Assembly: GCF_964355755.1 (NCBI RefSeq)
Contig: NC_092672.1
Location: 11,904,001-11,968,000, forward strand
DNA: 64,000 nt
Reading direction: 5' to 3'
DNA from: Antedon mediterranea
Lineage: Eukaryota > Animalia > Echinodermata
Made by a program: the position numbers and the translations under genes. A model generated the notes under the pieces. It was not told the DNA's origin. It did not search any database and saw only the letters and a list, made by a program, of their open reading frames with translations. Of the stretch, positions 30,001-42,000 are shown in pieces (the first letter of the stretch is position 1; each line of letters opens with the position of its first letter).

Positions 30001-33000
30001 CAGTAGATGTGTTAGCAATGAACATACATTTGAAAGTATTGATGTTAGCGTCTTGTTTAATCTAAAATTTGACAGCTGTACATGGTATTTAAATATCGTA
30101 ATTTTTATGGTGATATAGTTAATAACTATAATTAATTTAATTATTATTATTATTTAATAAAGGACGTTTAATTTATCATTTTATTACAAAATGTAATGAC
30201 AAAAATAGAGATGGCCGACCAATTTGGTGCTTAGTGAACTTAATATTATTATTTTGTATACTTGATCTTGAAAATGGTTCTATGATGCTACCGGTTTGCT
30301 TAAAACGAGAGCTGACTAAAATTAACTTTTTAACTACTACGAATTATAAAGTCACTGATTTTTAAGTAATAATAAATCTCTGTCTACGCTACCAAACTCT
30401 ATCAATAAAGCATCACATGAAATGTGACTGAACGATATCATTAGTGGAAAGGACACCAACTTGCGGGAAGCGATCCAGCACATCACCTTTTAAGCCTGGT
30501 TTCCAGTCGGCGTAAGACCTGCTTCTGTTTCCGATTGAGCCATTTTCTTACGATAACGCTTGCCTTCCGATCAGTTGACCAAAAACTAAGGTGGACAAAA
30601 AATGATCATGACCGCGTTGGACCGCAAAGATTAAGATGACGTTAGGTCGAGTTGAAATGTTTTCCTGCTTTTACGATGCATGACACGGTTAACATTACAA
30701 GAATTTATTTATGATTGCCTATAAAATTCCGTAGGTAAATGGCATCTTTTGAAATGAAGTGCCTAACAAAACTGGACCCGCAAGGATTTACACAGTACAT
30801 ACGGTAATTAAATTGTGATAGTCGCCGACAAAATTTAATCTTGTTGCTGACAATTTGTTTCATGATTTTACCCGGTTTTGAATTCCTCTTTTTCACACGT
30901 GGCTAATTGAAATGATACAAACATCAAATGATCCTATACATTTCGTTTAAATTCAAGTAAACTTTGTGAATACTGAATGTATTTATCAAACCGCCTTCAA
31001 AAAATAATTGCGAATTCTACCAATACACTCTACGGTGAATTCACTAAATATTGTTTATATTATTAATCTATTATCTATCCCACCTTCATTCTACAATGAA
31101 AAAAGAAAATATATTACGTAATTCGGGTGAACGGTTTTTAAATATTTGTTGCTTTTGTATTTTATCCTATGGGTGTCGTACTGTCTGCATTTTACCCATT
31201 TTATCATATTTTTACTATATTTATATAATAAGTGACAAGAAGGACAATTTATTTTACATTTCTCAGAGCTATTTGGTATTTCATCATTATTACATTTATC
31301 ACGAATTAAAATATTGTGGTTTAGAGCCTAAATAGATAGTTATTGTCAAATATTCTCATATACAGTACTTTGCCTCTTTGTGCTGTATTTCCCCATTCCA
31401 AGCTGTGCTTGCCAACGCCGCATAATTCACCCCCGTCAGTGATCGGCTGGTTTTTACGATCCATTGTTGGGTTTACGCTTCCGAAAGCAGTGACTTCAAG
31501 TCATGTGCATCTACAGTTATCAGTTATCACCAATGTCCGCGTTTCTGTTCTTTCTCTTTATTTTCCAGTTATATGCATTTTATATATTTTATTTGTTGCT
31601 TGTATTTTAAAAGATACTAATAGATATAGATGAGAACTGAGCTAAGAAGAACTATTTTAGGTTCTATTTGTTCGATTTATGATCCATTTAGTTTCGCAGC
31701 TCCTGTACATTACAGGAAAGTTTTACAGGCTATGTGCAAGCAGAATTTACACTTAGACGAACCGTTAGCATCTGAATTACGGACCAGTTGGTTAATTTCT
31801 TTCGTTCCTTTGAATGATCCAAGAAACACTTATTATTATGGTCTTTGGCCGAAATAATATAGGCCTAGGCCTAGGCCTACGTGTGCCGGTGCCAACCCGA
31901 GGTAAGGTCAATAAAGATACACACTATATGACATTTCGGAAACTATTCTTTATTAGTGTACTTTCTTACAATCCGGTGAAAACTAGAAAGAAATGCAACA
32001 CAACAGGATTAAATAAAACCTACAACGTTGCCAGTGTAGCATAGCAAAAAGCTATACAAAACAGCCTTTTTGCTACACATTTCTACAATTGTGTAGCAAA
32101 AAATACAATACAAAACTATGTTTCTTGACTAAAAAATCAGTTTGATTAGCAATTTTGCTAAACAAAATTTTCAAATGAAATTTTCCAATGTACACATATA
32201 CGGAGTATAAGGGCCTCACAATTTGGCTAGCCTCTAGGGCTAGTACGGCTAAAATGCTCGTTTAACTATCAAATAACAAATAAACAAGTAACAAAATCTG
32301 TCTCACCCCATTTGGCCAGTGTCATAACAAACTTTTTGGAATAACAATAAATGCGTTAAAATTGAATCAAACAACAATACTAACAAACTACTAGGCCTAT
32401 TTATCAACTGTGAGATTTAAATGCATGCTTGAGTTGAGAGCAAGCAAAACCGTCAACAACAATGTATTTCGTCTCTTTCCCTCTAGCTTGCCGCAAAGAT
32501 CTTATATACTAAAGATGTGACACTACCCGCGTTTACGCGTAACACTTTAGAAGCGTCAAATTATAGTGCGCCCCCTCGCTTAAACAAGTAACGAACTTTT
32601 GCGTGACGATCGCAGTATTCTTTAGGGATTGAGTATTCGCGCCAAAGTTTGTATGGTTAACAAACAATGAATTAAAAGAGAAAAAGTGGAGGGATGTACT
32701 GTGCTGCAATTAATTGTAAGACAAGAACAGGTAAATTTATGTAATTAAATAAGTAGCCTATACATCTTAACATATGCTATGTAGGGACTAACCTTACTTT
32801 ACTGTATTCAATTTATACATATATTAATAAACTAGGCTAGGTAGGCCTATTATTAATAATTATTATTTAAACGTAGGTATGAAATGATTATTATTATCAT
32901 TATTAGGCTACTACTAGTACATTAATTATATAACAGTGAACTTACACTAATTTCTTCACTGTTCCCTGGTTATATTACTTTATCCTTTAAAATTTAGTAC

Positions 33001-36000
33001 CTTAAACAACTTTTAAAACTTTCAATACAAGAAGCATGTATTGACCAAATATTATATCATTACAATTGTTGGCATATTATAAGTAAAAATTTGGTCGAAA
33101 GACTACAAGAAGCCCAATTGGCATGTCGCTGTAGTCCCTCTTTTTACATTATACAAATAATAATAATAATAATACTTAATATAAACAAATTGTGATCTTA
33201 ATTATTTTATGCTTTCCGTCTCATGGTTAATATTTGCTTTCTGTCTCATGGTTATTTTATTTTGTTTAATTTAACTAGCCGTTACGTATATTACAGTATA
33301 TTAACGCATGGAATGATTATTATTATCATTATTAGGCTAGGACATTAGTTATAATAACAGTGAAATTACACTATTTTTATTGTTCCCTGGTTATATTACT
33401 TATCCGTTGAGTAGCCCTAACAAACAATTTTTAATTGAATCTTATACTTAATATTTATGAAATTCAACCGTTAGTTAGTTAGTGGTTTTAAGTTAGGCTT
33501 AAGTATTTGACTTTAGGCCCTAACCAACTTGAAAATCAATTAGCATGCACGCAGACGTCCTATAATTACGTAAACGTTAATTATGATAAAGCAAAAACTC
33601 ACTGGACAATTATTAATTTACAGGTGTGCAAAATGGGCCCAGAACACACGACGCGCGGATTTGAGAAGGAAACCAAGTTCCTATTTACACCGTAATTGCC
33701 ACTTGATTTCGAGTAATCTCAAATAGTGATGGTCACAGGCAGACTAAATCAAGATTGCATTGAGAACTTATTTTCTATTGTCAGAGGGAGAGGGGGTCAT
33801 CGCTATAACCCGATGGTAGATGAATTTAGAGCCTCCCTGAAGGAAGTTATGTTCAACAGGATGTTGTTCCGTTAGGGGAATTCGAATTGCCTAGAAGACA
33901 CTGATCGAAAGTACAGCTAAATGGAATTGATGCAATAATGATGACCCAATCATCATCATTATCATCAACGCCACAATCGCATCATGTTGCCGATCAAGAA
34001 GACAACGATGCCACCACTGACGACGACTGCTGCTTAGACTTTGAGATGACTCTACTTATACTTTAGTATAATTATGTATAGCCGATTACGTCGTCAAGAA
34101 AGTAAGTGTAAAGCACAACTGCGATATCTGTAACAGTGCAATGCGAGAAACCAATCGAAAACTGGAAGACCCAAAGCAGTTCCTAAAACATTTTAAGTCT
34201 TATATGCCCATCAACCAGTACCGACTTCGGAGGATTAATTATGCCTACTGACAATGTAGTTAATGTCCTATCTATATGTGAAAAGATTTTTGTTTCTAAC
34301 TTTAACAAATACTTATACATACATCAAACATCATCAGAAAAATAAAGTTAAAAATCGCTACCATGTTACATAGATTTGGTATGAAGTTGAATGTTTGTTC
34401 ACCAGCAATTGAAACATTGCTAATTGAAACATAAGTAAACCTACGCATATTCTATGCTGTTAAATTCTTCAACAGAGACATAATCAGAAGAAGAAGAGTA
34501 ACAAATTTACATTTCTTAGGTATGGTAAAGTTGTAGGAGGTCTGTACGCGCCCCGGTCTGTGCATTATCGGCTAGAAATGATGATCATTACGACGGTCTG
34601 GTATGATGAATAATTGTAAATATGATGATTTTAATTCAATGTTTCTACATTTTTTATATTTCCTCTCGGTGGCCCGTGCATCATTTCGCAATAGTTATTG
34701 AGTTAATTTAAAACTGAGACTACTATAACATAACTAATTGTTATCTCGGGTTTTAAATAAATTATAATAATAAATGAATGTCATGGCGAATGATGGGTAC
34801 ATAATACAGTAGGCCTAGTATGAATTATCTCAGAATTGACTATCATAATCTGTTTCATATCATGCCTGTAGGCTTAAGCCTATGATTGTTTATAAATATA
34901 TTCCGAAAAATTACTGCAATAAAATAGTCGAAGTAGTGATTTTAAAAAGTGACTTGTTCTTTTTTAATTGGCAAGGGTTCGAGGCCGACTCGCTCCTAGT
35001 TCTGGTGGTGGAACAAGTCTTCTCGGATAAGGACTATAAACCGTAGGTCCAGTGTACACAGTTATAACCTGTGTGTACTTTAAAGAACCCAGTTCATTAT
35101 TCGAAAAAGAGTAGGGGGTTACCCCGGTGAACTGGTTTACACAATAGCTTCTGTATCAGGGGGATTACCACCTATCTGATAGGACAGTGATTAATTCACT
35201 ATTGGTAATCCTTGGCCACATTGCCTAAAGACATAAAGTAAAATAAATAAATAATAAAATTGTTTATAACACACTATTTGACTAATATATTTTCCTAATC
35301 TGCACTGTTTTGCTGCTGGATGAAAAAGAAGAACACATCAAGAACAAAAACGGAATACGATGCGCTTAGTGTTAATACCAGAGCCGACTCGCATAAATAA
35401 GTAGTAGTGCGGATGAGAGTGATGATTACTCCTAGATGATAATTTTTGAGGATGATAAACATTCAATAATAACAACAATATTCAGTAATTAAAACAAATA
35501 GAGATATACAAAGTACAGGAAATAAGTCTATCATTATAATTTAATCGCACATTACCGCAATTATTGTGATGAAAAAAATTGAGTATTCAGTTACAATACA
35601 GTAGACATATCTGATCCATAAATCTACTTGTTTGAGCGAGAGGGCGCCCTATAAAATGAGCTCCATGTGTGTTACATGAATTGCACGTGAAATTCCGAGA
35701 GTGTCCCATCTTTAGTAGACTTGCCCCAAGTCTGTATTTATTGTCTTTATTTTTATTTATTTGTTTTTATTTCGACCGCGATAAAATACAACTCAAGTAA
35801 TACACGTATGAAACGCCATATGTGCAAACATATTTATATTTTTACAAAACTCCGTCTGGAGCCCAGACTACATCTTTAGTATTATAAGATCTTTGCTTGC
35901 CGTTAAATAATTATTGAGGGGGTAGTTTCAATAAACTTTGACGCAGACGGCAAACATACAATGTATAGAGTGCGTTTAAAAATATTTTCTGAGCTTAGTA

Positions 36001-39000
36001 ATGAGATCAGTATTTGTAGTAGACATAAGGACAATATATTTTAATTTAGATGGATTATTTGTGTAAGAGGAAAACATATACTTAGTTCTACTATCTGAAT
36101 AAACTAAAGGGAATTTATCTTCAATTGATTGTAGAGAGCATAATTTTCATAGTCTATCATTTCTATTAGGCCTAATACGATTCCATCTTCCTTTTTCTAG
36201 TTATAATATTCTTAGTCTTAGTTTAGTCACAATGTGTCTTTGTTTGTAATTTTAATTAAGTATTCTTCCGTTCCAACATAATTTATATTGATTGCTTGTG
36301 AAATATTGGAGCTTATAGAGAGTGTAACCTATTATCTCATAGAATTGTGTCGTTCAATAAGCCTCGCCTTTGTTTAAATTTTGAAATAAAAAATATTGTT
36401 GACCTGTTGAGCATGCCATGTTGCCAAATCCATTTATAGGCCTACATAATAAGTTTTACATCATTCACCCAAATCACTCATTTTGTTGCGCTTTTCTATG
36501 TTGAAAATCGTAAAATTGTTTAATGATTTTTTCATAATCTATTTGGCTTACTCTCAGCCACTAACGAATTCAATTAATGATACTTTGAGTTTGGATAGGG
36601 AATTCTCGATATTCTCCTCTCACTGCATCACTTGGTGCAAAATTTTCTATTCCTAAAAGATATTTTTATTCTAAAATCAAAATAATATAATCCAAGTGGT
36701 ATGAAGACATTGTTCATCTGCTGGAAAACTACAAGTCAGTCGATGCTACAAACCACAAGGGTTCGGAGAAGTCAAGCAGGCAGAAATGCATTTTATCTCA
36801 GATGCTAGTGAAGTAGTATGTGGTCAATGCACGTATTTAAGATTGATGCCCTCATGATAATATTTCTTCTTTTTCGATATCAAGTGTATGTAGCTAACCG
36901 GGTATACAACAAATCAACGACGTACCTTCCATAGAAAACATCTTCTAATCCGAGTGATATAGTCAGTAGAGCCGTGCGTGCTAACAGTAAGCAATTGATT
37001 TCACATACCGGATAGGTGAGTAGTTCTACACTTCTTCACCAGTAGGTAGTTCTTAACAAACAAAGGCGGTTGGCCAAAATCGATGACTAATCGCGTATAA
37101 GGTTGTTGCTTCAGAACTAAAATATATTCGCTCATTCCACACTAATGTTGACAAAGTTGCTTCAGAATGGTTTTATGACAGATAAAATGAACTATAAATC
37201 ACATTAAATGTATTGAATGTTCATTCGCCTTAGAGGAACCAACACGTAGTAAGGCATACTTTTTAGATATGCCTATCAAAGGTAAACTTAACAGTGATAT
37301 AAGACAACAAAACACATGCAGTAATTTAATATGAAAAGATTGGTGTAAATATTGCGAGGAGCCATGTACCGGCAGTATGTGTAACTGAGTTAATGATTAT
37401 GTAATTGTTGTTGAAGATATGCTCATCGGGAATAATTTGCATAAAATACCATGTTAGCCTACGTATATTAGAAATCTCACTAGCTAGTGTAGTTAGTTGA
37501 GACGATGCTATCGTCAGCTGCACCATTTTAAATATATTTTAAATTGTAGTTTTGCTTTGATAATAAATGATTTTAATTATTATAATACAGAAGGGTTAGC
37601 AATGAACACATTTTAAAAATACTAATTTAGGCTCTTGTTCAATCTAAAACGCTACAGCTACACAATTTTAATATATTTTAAATTGTATTTTTCCTTTGAT
37701 AATAACTATACACTTTTCCAAAGAAAAACACATTAAACAAATCTAGGATTTGCTTATAACGGGAGATAATTCAAATAATTACGCTATGGATTTTTAAATA
37801 ATTGTATAAGAGTAATTTACATTGTTTGTTGCTGTGACTGAGGCTCCGTTGGCTATGAGACTGTTGACTATCTTTACATTACTCCTGCCAGACTCAACGT
37901 GTTCATGTAGCGGTGTGTTTCCATACTGGAAAGAAGAAAGTTAGTATTATTATATTTCATATTTTTCTTTTCTACATTCATTTTCTAATTCATTAAGAGG
38001 GAATGTAAATTAAATAGAAATACCTGGTATTAAGAAAATAATGACTAACTGATTTCAATTAAGACATGCAGATTATTTAGCATTGATCATTTTAAAAGTA
38101 TTGATTTTAGCATCTTGTTTAATCGAAAATTCGACAGCTGTACATGATGTTTAAATATCGTAAATTATATGGTGATGGTTAATAACTTTAAATAATATAA
38201 TTTATTAAATTAATAAACATATTCCTACGCCTAGACATCTCGTTTAGATTCAAGTAAACTTTCATGAATACTGAATTTGTAGATCTGTATGTATTTACCA
38301 AACCGCCTTCAAAACATAATTGCAAATTCCAACAATACACTCTACGGTGAATTCAATAAATATTTTGTTATCTATATATAAATTTACGTAAGGGCAAAAT
38401 TCGGTAAATCGCGCCTTACTTCTAGAATTTTTACTCGATGGTATATAAAGTTGGTTCATACTTTCGGTACTGATTTTAACCACCTGATGTAACCCTGTTT
38501 ACTAATTAAATTGAGTTAGATAATTAGTTATTGACGATTAAAACGAATTTAGGTTCAACGATTTGCCCCAAATAGGGGTGTTTTCCGATCGGGGTATACA
38601 CTGTCTAATGGATGTCCAACTTGAAAAATACCCGCACACAATAATACGAGGACGCTTCGCATTTTCCTATCTCCTCCTACGAAAATTGTTTTTAATAGCT
38701 GAAAACCGGTTGAACTGCTCGAGTACAGCATCATAATGTTGAAGACAGGCCGATTTTCTTTAAAAAATACTATTTTGATAGATTTAATTGACGTTTTTAC
38801 AAATGTATTGATTTGCGATGAATGGAACATTCCAATCTCTCAGTCTGCCAGTTTGGTTTAACACAAGTAGGTAAATTTATGAGCCCTTGGAAAATAAACT
38901 TACAATACTTTGACAATACAGTACTGCAAATACCTATTAACCATTTTTGGTCGTCATTTGAATCGAACATTTCTTACTGTGAATACTGTTAGATGTACAA

Positions 39001-42000
39001 AAATATATACAAACATTTCTTACTGTGAATAATGTTAGATGTAAAAAAATATATACAAATAAACTTTATTACTGTGATTATGGGTAGGCTCTACTGTTAG
39101 ATATATAAACACGTAATATACAAATAAACTTTATTACTGACAGTTGCTTCTCAACGTTTGCATTAATTAATAATTACAAAAAATATAAACGTCGTAGTGG
39201 TGTATCGTTACATGTACTTTACTATTTCAATCGACTATGACAGTGACAGTTTTAACAAAGTATTAAATCGCAAATGTTTTACTATATTTAGTCACCGTTA
39301 GTGGTATATTATTTATAGGCCTATAAAAAATGAAAACAATATTTCGTTACTAACGTGGATAAAAAACTGTTCCTCTTTGTACCTATCCTCTTTCCCATCC
39401 CACAACCCTAATTAGGTTTCTTTAAATGAATAAACAATTTGGACTCATTTTGTGGTAAGTTTCTCTTTCGGAAGTAATTCCCAGGGTGCTAATTTTGGTT
39501 GACTACATAAATCATTGTGTCTACTTATTCGTGTCTGTATTTAGTCCTGCGGTACGTGCATTTGAAATCGCCAGATTTTTTACCCTGAAATTACTGTGTA
39601 TTCGAGAACCATCTGTGGGCAAGACCTAGATGGTACGCGAGCGAAGCGAGCGTACCATCTAGTATTAATAATCTATTATCCATCCCACCTTCATCCTACA
39701 ATGAAAAAAAAAAGTTACGTAATTCGTTTCTCCCATTTTTGAATGCAAGCTATGTGTATGTATTGAGTTATATGACATTTGCCTATTTATTATATTTGAT
39801 GCATTTGTATTTTATCCTATAGGTGTCGTACTGTCTGTATTTTACCAATTTTGTTTTAACTACTACGAATAATATCGTTAATGATTTTAAATAATAGTAA
39901 ATCTCTGTCAAAGGCTACCAAACTGTATCAATAAAGTGTCGTACTGTCTGTATTTTACCAATGTTATCATATCTTTACTGTATTTATTTAATATGTGACA
40001 AGCAGGACAATTTATTTTTACATTTCTCAGAACTTGTTGGTATTTCACCATTATTACATTTTTCACGAATTAAAATATTGTGGTTTAGGGCCTACATAGT
40101 TATTATCAAACATTCTCATATACAGTACTTCATTGCCTCTTTGTACTGTATTTCACCTTTCCTAGCTGTAGATGCTTGCCAACGTCGCATAACATACTCG
40201 TTTACCTAACAAATAAACAAGTAGCAAAATCTGTCTCACTACATTTGGCCAGTGTCATAAAAAAACTTCTTGGAAGAGAGATGAGGATCTCAAAATCACA
40301 ATAAATACGTTAAAATTGAATCAAACAAACAATAATAACAAACTACTATTTATCAACTGTGAGATTTAACAACAATGTATCTCGTCTCTTTCCCTCAACC
40401 TTGCCGTTAAATAATTATAGAGGGGGTAGTTTCAATAAACTTTGGCAGACGGCAAACATACAATGTATTGAGTGCGTTTAAATATTTTCTGAGCTTAGTA
40501 ATGAGATCAGTATTTGTAGTAGACATAAGGACAATATATTTTAATTTAGATGGATTATTTGTGTAATAGGATCGAAAACATATACTTAGTTCTACTTTCT
40601 GAATAAACTAAAAGAAATTCATCTTCAATTGATTGTAGAGAGGATAATTTGCATAGTCTATCATTTCTATTAGGCCTAATACGATTCCATCTTCCTTTTT
40701 CTAGTTATAATATTCCTAGTCTTTGTTTAGTCACAGTGTGTCTATGTTTTTAATTTTAATTAAGTATTCTTCCATAATTCCAACATAATTGACATTGAAT
40801 GCGTGTGAAATATTGGAGCTTATGGAGAGTGCAAACTATTATCTCATAGAATTGTGTCGTTCAATAAGCCTCGCCATTGTTTAAATTTTGAAATAAAAAA
40901 ATATTGTTGACCTGTTGAGCATGCCATGTTGTCAAATCCATTTATACATAATAAGTTTTACATCATTGACCCAAATCGCTCATTTTGTTGCGTTTTTCTA
41001 TGTTGAAATCATAACATTGTTTAATGAATTTTTAATAATCTATTTGGCTTACTCTCAGCCACTAACGAATTAATTTAATGATACTTGGAGTTTGGATAGG
41101 GAATCCTCGACATTCTCTTTTCATTACATCACTTGGAGCAGAATTTTCTATTCCTAAAAGATATTTTTATTCTAAAATCAAAATATAATCCAAGTGGTAT
41201 GAAGACATTGTTCATCTGCTGGAAAACTACAAGTCAGTCGATGCTACAAACCACAAAGTTTCGGAGAAGGCTAGCAGGCAGAAATTCATTATATCTCAGA
41301 TGCTAGTGAAGTAGTATGTGGTCAATGCACGTATTTAAGATTGATGCCCTCATGATAATATTTCTTCTATTTCTCTATTATTAGCTGACGCCAAAGTTAC
41401 CCCAGCTAAAAAAACAAGATATCAAGTGTATGTAGCTAACCGGGTATACAACAAATCAACGATGCAACTTCCATAGAAAACATCTTCTAATCCGAGTGAT
41501 AGTCAGTATAGCCGTGCGTGCTAACAGTAAGCAATTGATTTCAGATACCAGATGGGGTGAGTAGTTCTACATAAGGCGGTTGGCCGAAATCGATGACGAA
41601 TCGCGTATAGTTGTTGCTTCAGAACTAAAATATATTCGCTCATTCCACACTAATTGTTTCAGAATGGTTTTATAACAGACAGATAAAATGTATTGAATGT
41701 TCATTCCCCTTAAAGTAGCCAACAAGTAGTAAGGCATAAATTTTCACGCTGCTGCTTTAGCCCGCTACGTCCCAGGAGGATGACTCATTTAGAAACCGAA
41801 AGTAAAGCAGCAGTTATATATCCAAGGTTGACAGTTTTGCTAAAATGCATACTCGACTGTAATTTATAGGTACCACCAAAAAATGTCTGGGAAAAAGTAT
41901 AACGGTTGAATGACAAATCCTAAAGCATTTGTGGTATTTATGAGTCCCATGATATTATATAGTTCGTTGTCATACATTATTCAAAGGTTTTCTTGTTTTT

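Larger units (their letters stand above)
32494..35895 (+). mobile_element. P-superfamily (THAP9/Galileo-like) DNA transposon, internally deleted
   Basis: TIR CAAAGATCTTATA.TACTAAAGATG, 7-bp TSD CTTGCCG (32487-93 and 35896-902), empty site at about 40400; THAP-like start (YCAAINC) at about 32695; transposase motif RLNQDCIENLFSIVRGRGGHRYNP at about 33740-33810. Confidence 0.88.
29031..41740. repeat. Intragenic tandem duplication: intron about 29.0-37.3 kb is paralogous to about 37.9-41.7 kb
   Basis: Collinear blocks: 30050/38110, 30950/38250, 31065-31410/39665-40190, 32250-32490/40190-40400, 35896-37260/40400-41740. Confidence 0.85.
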
